DNA of 64,000 nucleotides, from assembly GCA_964016885.1 (NCBI GenBank), contig OZ024759.1, positions 24,676,001 to 24,740,000 on the forward strand, read 5' to 3'. This stretch comes from Eledone cirrhosa (Eukaryota). The translations under genes and the position numbers were made by a program. The notes beneath the pieces were generated by a model, which saw nothing but the letters and a program-made list of their open reading frames with translations, did not search any database and was not told the origin of the DNA. This document shows, piece by piece, positions 1 to 14,441 of this stretch (position 1 is its first letter; each line of letters begins with the position of its first letter).

Positions 1-42
1 CGATTGTGTTGTTATTTCTGTTTACCTTTTACACACACAATT

Positions 43-117
<75 letters not shown>

Positions 118-119
<2 letters not shown>

Positions 120-512
120 GTATATGTTGGTTGTATACCAACACCTCAGTATGCAGGCTGGAGCACTCGACGAAGTGCGCAGGTTGGTTTGGTTACTCCG
201 GAGTAATGTAAAATAAAGTTAAATAAAAAGTCAAATGTTTAAAATTTAGCTTCGTTTATTACTGCTATATATATTTCGGTGACAGCCATCTTTGGCTGTG
301 ACCTCTTCAGGCAGTCCGTATTAGTGTGGTATAGACAAGTACATATGTTGTTGAGGTGTATAATTTTCTCAAGAACATATGTACTTGTCTATACCACACT
401 AATACGGGCTGCCTGAAGAGGTCACAGCCAAAGATGGCTGTCACCGAAATATATATAGCAGTAATAAACGAAGCTAAATTTTAAACATTTGACTTTTATT
501 TTACTTTATTTT
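118..512 (-). mobile_element. Penelope-like pLTR remnant (family A), head-to-head inverted, two hammerhead motifs, in (TA)n
   Basis: Near-perfect inverted repeat about 225-353/369-498, left arm extends to about 118; flanked by (TA)n; each arm carries CTGAAGA...CGAAA. Confidence 0.75.
409..461 (+). ncRNA. Type I hammerhead ribozyme motif (mirror copy on minus strand 262-314)
   Basis: Stem I CTGC/GCAG; core CTGAAGA 413-419; stem II GGTCACAGCC/GGCTGTCACC; GAAA 446-449; palindromic stem III ATATATAT; predicted cleavage after A457. Confidence 0.85.
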
Positions 513-546
513 ATATATATATATATATGTGTATATATATATATAA

Positions 547-757
547 GAAGTGTAAGTCATCTGGTTAAAATTAACTTCATTTATTCATATTCGCTGTTAT
601 ATATATTTCGGTGATAACCATTATTCAACAGCTATGACCTCATCATATATCAGATGAAGGACTAAGGTCTGAAAGGTTAAAACTATTTTCCGACTAATAT
701 ATATCTGCATTGAACAGTATCATTTGGCTGTGTTGTTTTCCGTTTACTTTTCGCATA
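547..757. mobile_element. Head-to-head junction of two different pLTR remnants (A-like on minus, family B on plus), degenerate hammerheads
   Basis: Minus: (A)TGATGAGGTCATAGC...GTTATCACCGAAATATATATAACAG; plus: CAGATGAAGGACTAAGGTCTGAAAG with tail resembling 34290-34398. Confidence 0.6.
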
Positions 758-1134
758 AACACACACACACACACACAAACACACAAACAACCACACACTC
801 ATACACACACAAGAAAAAGTTCATTTGAATCAGTAAAGTCAACTGGAATGGTTTTCTATTAACGCATATTTCAGTAGTTTTGTAGGGAGAATGTGTGTGT
901 ATGTGTGTGTGTGAGAGTGAGAGAGAGAGAGTCTGTGTGTGTGTGTGTGTGTGTGGAGGGGAGGTGGATTCTTGTATTTATTTAATTTTATTATTACTTG
1001 TTTGTTTGTTTTGTTCTTTTTAATTTTAATATAAATCTTGCCTCTGCCTTCTCCCCCCCCCCCCTCCCTCTCTTCAGCCCAGAATTATTAAAGTTACGTC
1101 GAGTAATTAATCACTCAGACTTATGACATATGAC

Positions 1135-1232
<98 letters not shown>

Positions 1233-1910
1233 GGTAGTAGTAGTGATAGTGTTGGTGGTGGTGTTGGTGGTGCTGGTAGCTGATTTGTTGTTGGTGGTGT
1301 TAGTACTGGTGGTGATGGTGTTGAAGGTGGTGGTAGCTGTGTTTTTGTTGTTGTTGTTGTTGGTGGTGGTGGTGTTAGTACTGGTGGTTGTGGTGTTGAT
1401 GGTGGTGATAGCTGTGGTGTTGTTGATAGTGATGGTGGTGGTGGTGTTGGTGGTGGTGTTAGTACTGGTGGTGGTGGTGGTGGTGTTGATGGTGGTGATA
1501 GCTGTGGTGTTGTTGATAGTGATGGTGGTGGTGTTGGTGGTGGTGTTAGTACTGGTGGTTGTGGTGTTGATGGTGGTGATAGCTGTGGTGTTGTTGATAG
1601 TGATGGTGGTGGTGTTGGTGGTGGTGTTAGTACTGGTGGTTGTGGTGTTGATGGTGGTGATAGCTGTGGTGTTGTTGATAGTGATGGTGGTGGTGTTGGT
1701 GGTGGTGTTAGTACTGGTGGTTGTGGTGTTGATGGTGGTGATAGCTGTGGTGTTGTTGATAGTGATGGTGGTGGTGTTGGTGGTGGTGTTAGTACTGGTG
1801 TTGTGGTGTTGATGGTGGTGATAGCTGTGGTGTTGTTGATAGTGATGGTGGTGGTGTTGGTGGTGGTGTTAGTACTGGTGGTGGTGGTGGTGGTGTTGAT
1901 GGTGGTGGTA
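1135..1910. repeat. (GTA)n followed by an 81-bp minisatellite built from GTG/GTT/GAT triplets
   Basis: gtactggtg recurs at 1549, 1630, 1711, 1792; explains the poly-Val ORF. Confidence 0.9.
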
Positions 1911-2233
1911 ATGCTATACGACTGTCATAACTATCAAAATCAGAGTAATACCCCTTACGATATATCCTAATATTTGATATCAAGCGTGAAGGAAACCATT
2001 TAATTGAAATACGTTTGAGAAAAACACACGTTTCAAACGACAATCACGTTTCTTTCTAATTGTAGGTCATATTAAGGCGGGGGAGGAGGGGGCTGAAGGC
2101 GTGGTGGTGGTGGGGTGAGGAGATGAAAGTAAGGAGAAGTAAGAGCTGAGAAGATTCTTGTATAAATGTTGATGGAAGGAGTTTTTGCTAAATATAAACA
2201 TTTTAAAACAAAAAATGTAACTAAATATATAAT

Positions 2234-2285
<52 letters not shown>

Positions 2286-2288
<3 letters not shown>

Positions 2289-2483
2289 TAGAAATGGCTT
2301 CTACAGGAGGACTAGAACTGTTTCATTCGGTAGAAATCACCAGGAAAGCCGATGATTTCTCCCGAATGAAACAGTTCTAGTCCTGTGGAAGCCATTTCTA
2401 TATTAAATATTTATACTCTGCTGTGTATTGTGTACCTTACTTACTGTGGTTACTCCCTATTGAACCTGGGATAAACACACACG

Positions 2484-2515
<32 letters not shown>

Positions 2516-2700
2516 GTTTTAATATAGATGAGATTCTACAGGACTAGAACTGTTTCATTCTTTAGAAATCATCAGATGATTTCTAAAGAATGAAACAGTT
2601 CTACTCCTGTAGAATCTCATCTATATTAAAACTTTTATACTCTGCTATGTATTGAGTACCTTATTTACTGTGGTTACCTCCGATTCAACCCGGAATAACT

Positions 2701-2705
<5 letters not shown>
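2286..2705 (+). mobile_element. Two family C pLTR remnants, each with an inverted 5' arm
   Basis: 2286-2475 and 2517-2705; CTGATGATTTCTAAAGAATGAAACAGTTC on minus at about 2545-2575; shared tail tattgagtacc...gtggttac. Confidence 0.7.
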
Positions 2706-2740
<35 letters not shown>

Positions 2741-3171
2741 ATTTTTCCACGGTTACTCTTTTGCATGTTTCTTTCACCTGTGTCTTCCCACGATGGGACC
2801 TGTACACTTTTTTCTCCTATTTTTTTTTCTATTTTTCCCCCTTTTCCCTTCCCCCTTTCTTCCTCTCTCCTCATCTTTTCCCCCTGTTCTTCCTCCTTTC
2901 CCTCTCTTTCCTTTTTTCTCTCCTTTTTCATCACCCTTTTTTTCTCTCTTTCTCTCTCCTTTTCCTTCTGGCCTTTTGATTAATAAAAGGCCTCGGGCGC
3001 ACCCGAACTACACCGATGTCCTGTAATTCATTGCCGAAACATCGGATCGGGAAACACTTACAGCTAACGATGGAAACTCCTTTCTTCCTTTCTCCCCTTG
3101 TTCCGTCCTAACCACCATCCTAAACCTTGTTTTTTAGTAACCACACAGCCCCTTTCGTTATATATATATAT

Positions 3172-3326
3172 AGGTTATTCCGGGTTGAGTCGGAGGTAAC
3201 CACAGTAAGGTACTCAATACATAGCAGAGTATAAAAGTTTTAATATAGAAGAGCTTCTACAGGACAAGAACTGATTCTCACGAATGAAACAGTTCTAGTC
3301 CTGTAGAAGCTCTTCTATATTAAAAC

Positions 3327-3327
<1 letters not shown>
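3172..3327 (-). mobile_element. Family C pLTR remnant with inverted arm
   Basis: Reverse complement of the 2517-2705 sequence, with fold-back near 3275; (TA)n flanks. Confidence 0.7.
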
Positions 3328-3396
<69 letters not shown>

Positions 3397-3551
3397 TTAT
3401 TAAAATAACAGATTAAAGTTTAAGCAAAGAATCGCTGCTTTCACCCTTAACGGGATATTCTGAAACATTATTTATATATATATATATATAATATATATAT
3501 ATATACATTTATATACATATATATATATATATATATACATTATATATATAC

Positions 3552-3596
<45 letters not shown>

Positions 3597-3607
3597 TATA
3601 TATATAC

Positions 3608-3673
<66 letters not shown>

Positions 3674-3754
3674 TACATATATATATATATACATTATATA
3701 TATTCATTATACATATATATATACATATATATATACATATATATATATACACAT

Positions 3755-3800
<46 letters not shown>

Positions 3801-3810
3801 TTATATATAT

Positions 3811-3857
<47 letters not shown>

Positions 3858-3894
3858 TATATATATACATATATATACATATATATATATATAT

Positions 3895-3945
<51 letters not shown>

Positions 3946-4012
3946 TATATATATATACACACACACATATATATATATACACACACACATATATATACAT
4001 ATATATACTTAC

Positions 4013-4059
<47 letters not shown>

Positions 4060-4064
4060 CTTAC

Positions 4065-4236
4065 GGTAAACATTGATGCCATTCAAGCACTCTACATACT
4101 TAGAGTATTTAGCATAGCATTGGTCAATCGAAAGAGAAGAAAGCTTGCCGAAGGTTCCGCGCAGCATGGCTGAATACACAACGGTGTGGTTGCGACGCTG
4201 TAATCTTAAACTCAGTCCTTGCCTGGCTGCCTGCAC
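4065..4236 (-). other. Candidate host exon (172 nt)
   Basis: Unique sequence; minus-strand AG at 4238-4237 and GTAAGT donor at 4064-4059; one open frame VQAARQG...ECLNGINVY; no recognised homology. Confidence 0.3.
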
Positions 4237-4696
4237 CTATAAATTTCTGGAACTTTCGGCAATGTGACGCCTTTCGTTCAAGCTAAGTGACGGTCCAGCG
4301 AGGTTGGCATCGGGGCTTCTCTGCTTACTTAATTAGACCTATGGCCCAGAATCTTAAATATCAACATCCCTCCACCTCACACCAGCAACTAAGTAGATAG
4401 CAATACTTTGGAGTCGAATTAAATTGCTATAAAGCTAGACCTGTGCGTAGATGGAGGGTGTGGGTGGGGGAAGGTGATATGTGGAGCTAACCAACTCCAC
4501 CCACCTCCATCACCACCACCACCACCCTCATCATCATCATCATCCATCCGTCCCTCTCCATCGCCTCTCAAAATGATATAAGTTAAATGTGCGTGTGTTT
4601 GTAATTTATACATGTGTGTATCACACACACACACACACATACACACATATATATATATATATATTTTCATTTACAAATACATACACATACATAGGC

Positions 4697-4761
<65 letters not shown>

Positions 4762-4795
4762 AAAAGATGAAATCGAAAATGCAACTGGAGTCTTA

Positions 4796-4830
<35 letters not shown>

Positions 4831-5061
4831 TAGTAGAGAGAGAGAGAGAGAGTGAGAGTGATAACTCCCCCCCCCCACACACACACATATATATACACAC
4901 ACACACATACGTACACATGTGGTTCAATCGTATCAGTGTTTCTGTATGCTTGTTAAGTTATGATTAAACAAATAATGTTTATAGTTATTGATACTGGAAT
5001 TCCTAGAACTATGCTATGTATATACATCATGTCAATTTACACACACACACATATATATGTG

Positions 5062-5096
<35 letters not shown>

Positions 5097-5115
5097 ATAT
5101 ATGTACATATATATA

Positions 5116-5166
<51 letters not shown>

Positions 5167-5182
5167 ATATATATATATACAT

Positions 5183-5338
5183 AGGAACAAGTAAGACCCC
5201 GACGGCTGAGCTCAAGCCGTTTCGACGGCTAATTCCGTCGGGGTCTTACTTGTTCCTATTACCCACTCTACTACCCTAAGTATTGAGTACTTTGGTGCGT
5301 TATGGTCCACCTGGTTCCTTACCACATTTCCTTCGTTA
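5183..5338 (+). mobile_element. Family D pLTR remnant with inverted arm
   Basis: Matches copies at 6126, 6378, 20277, 39721, 56593, 58415; (TA)n flanks. Confidence 0.7.
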
Positions 5339-6022
5339 TATATATATACATATATACGTCGAACTTTCTTTCCTCTTCCAATATAAACTGTGAAACTAAT
5401 AAGACTTTTTGTGCCTCTGTTTGTTGTCATATATATATATATATATATAAGTATTTATATATGATCGATATCCAATGATTTCAATCTCGTTGCTTATAAT
5501 TCGCGCAACAAATCCATTTGAAACAGAGGCATAGAATCAATTGTAGGGCAACATTTCCAGCCAGAAGCCTTAGCCATGAAATCAGGGTGGAATTATTATT
5601 TCAACAGCTTAACATATGAAAACGTTAAATTACTCATAATTTCATCAATTCAAACAGCCAGTATCTTCCTTGTTTAGCACACAAAAAGCTGCCGAAATAC
5701 AACAAAAGAGTGATTTGGTGGTGTAACGTTTAGTTACTATTGGTTCACCAGTTTCAGCAATCCATGTTAATATGGCTTCGGTTGTCGATGTGATTTTGTA
5801 GTCGGTATCCATAAGAAGCAAAGTGTTAGTGATATTAATACGAAGAAGCAAGAACGCAGTATCAATATAACATCATTATGTTTATTCACATGTGACACGT
5901 GTTTCGTAATCGATCAGCTCAGGGTACAATCTGCAGTGATAGGGCCCGTCTCTGGAATCAATAGATCATTGCATTTGAATGCTCAAAACTTGTGAACTTT
6001 CCCTAACTGAACGTTACACAAA

Positions 6023-6587
<565 letters not shown>

Positions 6588-6933
6588 ATATATATATAAA
6601 TATATATATATATATTTATATGTGTGTGTGCGTGTTGTTGTTGCTGCCGTTGTTGTAGTGGTCGTGGGTGTTGTGATGGTTTTGGTTATTGTTGTTGTGG
6701 TTGTGGTTGCTGTTGTTGTTGTCGTTGCTACTACTGATGTTCTTGTTATTGTTATTCATCCTCAGGTCAAACTTCATCGAATAAAGTTATGAACCAAACT
6801 TTTCCAACCATGCCCATCCAGTTATTTGGGGTAAGTACCTCCTATTTCTACCTCACCGAGGCTGTATTCTTTACTCAACGATAAAGTTTTCTACGTGAAA
6901 AAAAAAAAAGATTATGTATATATATATATATAT

Positions 6934-7138
6934 TTATTTATTAAAATAACAGATTAAAGTTTAAGCAAAGAATCGCTGCTTTCACCCTTAACGAGATCTT
7001 CTGAAACTCTTTGCTTAAACTTTAATCTGTTATTTTAATAAATATTTGCTCTACGGTTCTTATATATTTGATATATATTTATCCTTATCGAGCCCTCTTT
7101 GGATTTTAACCTTCAAATTTATTATTATTACCCATTTT

Positions 7139-7142
<4 letters not shown>
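6934..7142 (+). mobile_element. Family E inverted-arm insert (other pieces at 3394-3465 and 18876-18941)
   Basis: Inverted tttattaaaataacagattaaagtttaagcaaaga; minus-strand CAGAAGA-TCTCGTTAAGGGT-GAAA is hammerhead-like. Confidence 0.55.
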
Positions 7143-7180
<38 letters not shown>

Positions 7181-7391
7181 TAAGAGGAATTCCAACTTTG
7201 TCTGATTTGCTCGTTTTATTTACAATCCTTTAAAATTTATAATGGTATTATAATGAAATAGTATGATAGAATATTAAATGTTAAGTGTTAATTGAACAAG
7301 TACTTTCATGCTTTCGCAATCTTCAGGTTCATAATGTGTGGTGACAGTCAAGTTTGCAATTTTCAACTCTGGATATATATATATTCAATAT

Positions 7392-7431
<40 letters not shown>

Positions 7432-7435
<4 letters not shown>

Positions 7436-7712
7436 ATATTAACAAATGGAAACTATATTTATAAAACCATATTTATTTCTTTATACATATTTCAAGGGCC
7501 ACCAAGGCAAACTATGGTGCACTTTCATCAGATAAAATATAATATAGGTTAGTCTTATAAATAAATATTGATATACCCTGAAAAAATACAACCATTCTGG
7601 TTAGAATCTCCATTTGTTAATATATTGTATATTTACTCCAATAATTTGTTGAGTGCTTTATATCAGTTATAAAAATATTTTGCTTGTTGTATCCCAACAA
7701 ATTAAATATAAC

Positions 7713-7716
<4 letters not shown>
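7432..7716. mobile_element. Family F pLTR remnant; hammerhead on minus strand 7474-7539
   Basis: TATTTTAT-CTGATGA-AAGTGCACCA...TGGTGGCCCTT-GAAA-TATGTATA; homologous to 53912-54337. Confidence 0.7.
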
Positions 7717-7755
<39 letters not shown>

Positions 7756-7757
<2 letters not shown>

Positions 7758-7974
7758 GTCTGTTCGCATTTTGCACGAAAATTCGTTCGTGGACACAACG
7801 CGTAAAGCATATTCGCGTAATTCAAGTCTAATTTTTTTATAAATAAAAAAAAAATTGAAAACCACACGCGTTATGGTGCATTATTCGCGCAAAGTGAATA
7901 TTTAATCATATTTTTTCAAAAGGAATTAAAGCGAATTCGCGTACTTTAAGTTCGCGTAAAAATCGAACACACTG
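7756..7974. mobile_element. Tc1/mariner-like MITE
   Basis: TIR CAGTCTGTTCG/CGAACACACTG within a TA tract. Confidence 0.55.
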
Positions 7975-8292
7975 TATATATATTTCAGCAATAATTATAT
8001 ATTTTAAATGTATTTTCTAATCCATCCCAGTAATTATTTTATACTTTTCTAATATATTATTTCACATTAACTTGCTAAATGTTGGCACGTATGTATAATA
8101 TATACATGACATTACTCAAACCTGTTTTCGTCTGACAAATTTCTTAAACGGTTATCTTCGAAACTCAAACGTGTTCTAAGATAATGTTGTATAGTCATAT
8201 TTTTCAAGCGTTTACCCTCCACAGCAATATTTGAACTCCGGTCGTGTTTTTATGCGTGGTTACCCAGTCTTTTCATCTTGATTGACACATAC

Positions 8293-8428
8293 ATGATTTC
8301 CTTCAAATGAAACAGTTCTAGACCCGTAGAAGCCATTTCTATATTAACTTTTGTATATGCTCTACTAATGTATTGAGTACTTTACTTACTGTGGTTACCC
8401 CCACCCCCTCCGATTAACCACGGGACTC
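8293..8428 (+). mobile_element. Family C pLTR 3' fragment
   Basis: tgaaacagttctag...tattgagtactttacttactgtggttac. Confidence 0.6.
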
Positions 8429-8437
8429 ACACACACG

Positions 8438-8477
<40 letters not shown>

Positions 8478-8481
8478 AGTG

Positions 8482-8518
<37 letters not shown>

Positions 8519-8533
8519 ATATTTGAATATATA

Positions 8534-8571
<38 letters not shown>

Positions 8572-8585
8572 TATATACATACACA

Positions 8586-8692
<107 letters not shown>

Positions 8693-9180
8693 CTGCCACA
8701 AATGACACACGGAAGGGGACGTTATTGTGAATCAGTGCTGTATGAAGATATGAACGCACGAATGGGGAAATGATTGAATTAGACTCAGACGTGAGTCGAA
8801 TGTTATGGCCGCGCGGGGAGGAAGGAATCCAAGCTGAACGAATCAGCACAGCCACAATTGAAAACATGTGATGGCATGGGCGGGGCGTTGGTTGAAACGA
8901 GATGATAATTTGGTAATTTGGTGAGCTTGTCTATAGAGAAGACGTAGGCTGGGATGGTGGGGAGGACGAAAAGGAGGTTTAGAAGGGCTGGTGATGGTGA
9001 TGGTGGTGGTGGTGGTGGTGGTGAACTAGCAATGATGCCTATATCTTTTGTCATCCGGATCAACGGTGGTAAGTGAGATTTAGTTTAAGCACGCGAGCTC
9101 AGCAAATGAGAGTCTGTCGGATCAGTGAGCCGCCGTGTCAGTGGATATTAAGAACCCAAATAATATCTCTGTCTCTATTT

Positions 9181-9302
<122 letters not shown>

Positions 9303-9371
9303 GCTCTCAAACTCAAAGATTATTCGGCAGATAGAAGACTTATGTTTGAGGGTTTAGCAAGTATAACTATT

Positions 9372-9430
<59 letters not shown>

Positions 9431-9631
9431 TTAGATACACAAATGAACACACACACACATATATGTATACATACATACATACAGACAGACAGACATATAT
9501 ACAAGCATACATACATACATACATACATACATACATACATACATACATACATACATACAGACATACATATATACATGCATACATACATACGTACATACAT
9601 ATATACATGCATACATACATACGTACATACA

Positions 9632-9662
<31 letters not shown>

Positions 9663-10551
9663 GCATACATACATACATATATACATACGTACATACATAC
9701 ATACATACATACATTCATACATACATACATACATACATACATACATACATACATACATACATACATACATACATACATACACGGTGAGAAGAAGAAACAA
9801 ACAGGAAGGGCTTTGTACATAGTACATTTTTTCCCTGTATGTTATAATTTATTATATTATTATGACGAGGAAAAAATGGCGCCGGAGAAGAACACAGAAA
9901 TATCCACGACAATTGACGCCCCCTGGTGGTGGCATTAGGCGCCGTTTTTCTTCGTTTTCGTATCGTTTTGTAATCATTTTGTTGTGTTTTTTTATCATTA
10001 TTTCATATTATATATTATTTTTCTCATTGGAAAATTTCTTCTTCTTCTTCTTCTTCTTCTTCTTCTTCTTCTTCTTCTTCTTCTTCTTCTTCTTCTTCTT
10101 CTTCTTCTCTCCCACCCTCTCTCTATACATATATATATATATATATTTGCCTTTTTCTCCTTCAAGTTTTTTCTAATGAGACCAATTATGATGTTTGAAA
10201 AATAATATGGTTTGTGAGATAACAGATACATGCATACACACATACATACATACACACATACATACACACATACATACATGCATACATACACACACACACA
10301 CACACATACATACATACATACATACATACATACATACATACATACATACATACATACATACATACATACATACATACATACATACATACGATGGTAATGG
10401 TTGTATAATGGTGAAATATATGTGATATGATGTGATGGGTGTCTGTATAAATCCTAGTGACTTAGTGATTAGGGTTTGACAACTGGAAGAAGAAGAAGAA
10501 AAAAGGAAAAAGGAGCCGATGAGAAATAATATCTATATATATATCTATCTA

Positions 10552-10603
<52 letters not shown>

Positions 10604-10606
<3 letters not shown>

Positions 10607-10723
10607 CGAAGAAAGTGTGGTAGGGAACCAGGTGGACCATAACGCACCAGAGTACACGATACAGTTCAGAAATAGCTGTCGAAACGGCCGGAGCTCAGCC
10701 GTTGGAGTCCTGCATCTTTTCCT
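10604..10723. mobile_element. Family D remnant, deleted inverted form
   Basis: Minus-strand tail joined to plus-strand gtcGAAACggccggagctcagccgtt. Confidence 0.6.
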
Positions 10724-10737
10724 ATATATATATACAG

Positions 10738-11181
10738 TAGACCCAAAAGAGGTAGACCCTCCACCATAACCCCAATGGCTTAAAAGACTTCCATGGGAAG
10801 ATGGAATGGATAGACCAAAGCCATAGCGTCACCCCAAAACAATGATCAGGTGAGAAAAACGGTCGCACATGCAATAGGGGCTAGTATTAAAACTACCCTA
10901 AAGGGCCACATGTTTAAATTTAACGAAAAGATCTACACCCAGAATGAGGGAGCAGCCATTGGCGTCAGCATAGCTGATGATGTTGCCAATCTATTTATGG
11001 TATGGTGGGAGAGGAGACTCAGAGAACTCCTTGAAGAGAACTCCATAGACTTCGTCATGTACTCTCGTTACGTAGACGATATTAATAGAGTAATAAGAAC
11101 ACCCCCACAAGAGAGTACTAACGAACATGAATTAGAAAATAGCACAATGGAGAGCATCCATCAGATAGCTAACTCCATGTT
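10738..11181 (+). pseudogene. Penelope-like element reverse transcriptase fragment
   Basis: FKFNEKIYTQNEGAAIGVSIADDVANLFM...YSRYVDD matches PLE RT motifs (YxQxxGxxxG...ANxFM; RYVDD). Confidence 0.85.
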
Positions 11182-11183
11182 CC

Positions 11184-11400
11184 AGTATATATATACGAAA
11201 ATGTCTGTCTGTTTGTCTATATACAGGCGATGCATTTCCACAGTTTCCATCCGATTTTTGTTCAAATTTGCTATATAGGTTATTTACCTCCCTGAACAGA
11301 GTTCTGGGGTTATTTAAGACGGCCATGTTGAGGAGAGAGAGGGGTCTTTATTTACAGTGGCGAAAGGTGTGCATCGGCAACGACGGGCTCTTTTGCTAGT
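11184..11400 (+). mobile_element. Non-autonomous Helitron-like element
   Basis: 5' tatatatacgaaaatgtctgtctgtttg; 3' GC-rich cggcaacgacggg then CTAGT. Confidence 0.5.
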
Positions 11401-11473
11401 GTATAATAAGAATGGTAGAGAGAGAAGGAGAGAAGAAAGAAAGAAAGAAAGAAGGAAAGAAAGAAGGAAATAA

Positions 11474-11630
11474 TGGTTTTTGTTTGAGCCACGAGGCCAA
11501 CAATTTTAGGGGAGGGGAAAGTCGATTGAATTGACCCCAGTGCATTGCTGTTACTTTATTTTATCGAGCCCCGTAAGGATGAAAGGCAAAGTTGAAGTTC
11601 GGCAGAATTTGAACTTAGAATGAAAACGGC
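11474..11630 (-). mobile_element. tRNA-derived SINE, partial
   Basis: Conserved tttatcga...aaggatgaaaggcaaagt core. Confidence 0.75.
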
Positions 11631-12117
11631 CGTGATAGTGGTGGTAGTGGGGGTGGTGGTGGTGGTTGTGGTGGTGGTAATGGTGGTGGTGGTTGTGGTG
11701 GTGGTGATGGTGGTGATGGTGATAGTGATGGTGGTGGTGATGGTGGGGGTGGTGATAGTGATGGTGGTTGTGGTGGTGGTGATGGTGATGATGGTGATAG
11801 TGATGGTGGTTGTGGTGGTGGTGGTGGTGGTGATGATGAGAGTGGTAGTGGTGGTGGTGGTGGTGGTGGTGATAGTGGTGGTGGTGATAGTGATGGTGGT
11901 TGTGGTGGTGGTGATGGTGATGATGGTGATAGTGATGGTGGTTGTGATAGTGGTGGTGGTGATTATGAGAGTGGTAGTAGTGGTGGTGGTGGTGATGGTG
12001 GTGGTGGTGGTGATAGTGATGGTGGTTGTGGTGGTGGTGGTGGTGATAGGGATGGTGGTTGTGATGGTGGTGGTGGTGATGATGAGAGTGGTAGTAGTGG
12101 TGGTGGTGGTGGTGGTG
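11631..12117. repeat. (GTG/GAT)n degenerate triplet repeat
   Basis: Direct observation. Confidence 0.9.
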
Positions 12118-12364
12118 CTCGCGCGATTCCCTGGTTCAAAAGAACACATTTGGTCATGTCAAAGATGTTGCTGTTGTTGTTATCGTTGTTGTTGTTGTTG
12201 TTGTTGTTGATTGTCTGTCATTGATATGACAGTTCATATCTGCCTCACCCCCACCGTCAACACCCCACCCCCACTAAATAACCCCCACCCCACACCCCAA
12301 CATAGTCAAAATGTCCAATTTGATATTTTCATTAGTCTCCTTCAAAGGCGGATTGCTATCAGCA

Positions 12365-12625
<261 letters not shown>

Positions 12626-12817
12626 GTATATATATATACGTATATATATATATGTTTATATATATATATATATATATATATATGAACATGTCGGTGTGTG
12701 TATTACAACAAAACAAAGCAAGAGACCCATCACCCCATAAACAACAACTGCGTGTATATGTATGTGTGTAGTGTACATCTATGTATATGTACCTGTATGT
12801 ATGTGTGCATGTATGTG

Positions 12818-12874
<57 letters not shown>

Positions 12875-12892
12875 ATATATATAAATATATAT

Positions 12893-12926
<34 letters not shown>

Positions 12927-13017
12927 TATATAGATATATAGATAGATAGATATATATATATATATATATATATTGATATATAGATATATATATAGATATA
13001 TATTTATATATATATAG

Positions 13018-13052
<35 letters not shown>

Positions 13053-13055
13053 CAC

Positions 13056-13166
<111 letters not shown>

Positions 13167-13600
13167 GATATATATATATTTATATATATATATGTGTGTA
13201 TGTGTGTGTGTATATATCTGTGTATATATGTGTATATTGTGTAAGGTTATTCAGTGCCAGAGAGGAGGATCTCCGGTGAGTGAACATTGCATCCATCATC
13301 TTCCTCCAAAACCTTATGGACTTTGAATAGCTTTCAGGATTAAAGAAACAAGAAGGGGGTGGGCGGAGGGGGAGGAATGACAGGGTGAGTGACATGTTGA
13401 GTGATAGGGAGGAGGAGGGGGAGGGAAGAGGAAGAGGAGGTGGTGTATAGGGAATGTGATTGTTGGGTGGTAGTAAGATATAATAGCGGGAAGGAGGAAG
13501 AGGAAGAACATTTTGGAATGGTGAGATAGATACTTATATATATGTATGTATATATATGTATATATATATGTGTATATATGTATATATGTATATATGTATG

Positions 13601-13650
<50 letters not shown>

Positions 13651-13850
13651 TGTATGTATATGTATATATATATATATGCATATATGTATGTATATGTATA
13701 TATATAAATGTATATATGTATGTATATGTATATATTTATATGTATATATATGCATATATATATGTGTGTGTGTGTGTGTGTATATATACATGCGTGTATA
13801 TATCTGTATATATATATATATATATATACATACACATATGTGTATGTATG

Positions 13851-13931
<81 letters not shown>

Positions 13932-13936
13932 ATGTA

Positions 13937-14000
<64 letters not shown>

Positions 14001-14163
14001 ATAACAAATTATCGTTATAGGTAATCCAGTCAGTTAGAGGTTGTGAATACTCAGTATTGTCGATAGCTTTAGCGTACGGCGTTGTTTGACTCAACAAGAA
14101 GTTTCCTTAGGCAGCGAGTTTGCCAGTTCCCGGGAATTCCTATGCAGGTTAATCTTGGAGTAA

Positions 14164-14385
14164 TAATAGTGAAAGAGTGAAGAATAACATGGTCAACAGT
14201 ACAATTGTTTCATTGATTAAGTTGTCTTTCCGATGATTTGATTAAGCATACATTGTATTTAAAATTGAGTGACACAACTTCAAGTGATTAGCAATTTTTA
14301 GACAACTTAATCAATGAAACAATTGTTAATACTGTAAATAAAACCCATTTTGTACTGTTGACCTTGTTATTCTTCACTCTTTCAC

Positions 14386-14388
<3 letters not shown>
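14164..14388 (+). mobile_element. Family G pLTR remnant with long-stem-II hammerhead-like motif (about 14229-14330)
   Basis: CCGATGA-T-TTGATTAAG...CTTAATCAA-T-GAAACAATTGTT; inverted partial arm on the left; tail also at 59090-59160. Confidence 0.6.

Positions 14389-14441
<53 letters not shown>

Noticed and set aside
5183-5258. Interpreting the inverted-arm inserts as MITEs
   Set aside because: Arms are asymmetric, centres vary between copies, tails occur alone and they contain ribozyme motifs, unlike fixed-TIR MITEs
5460-6015. Unique sequence with a 68-aa ORF
   Set aside because: No recognisable motif or splice signals
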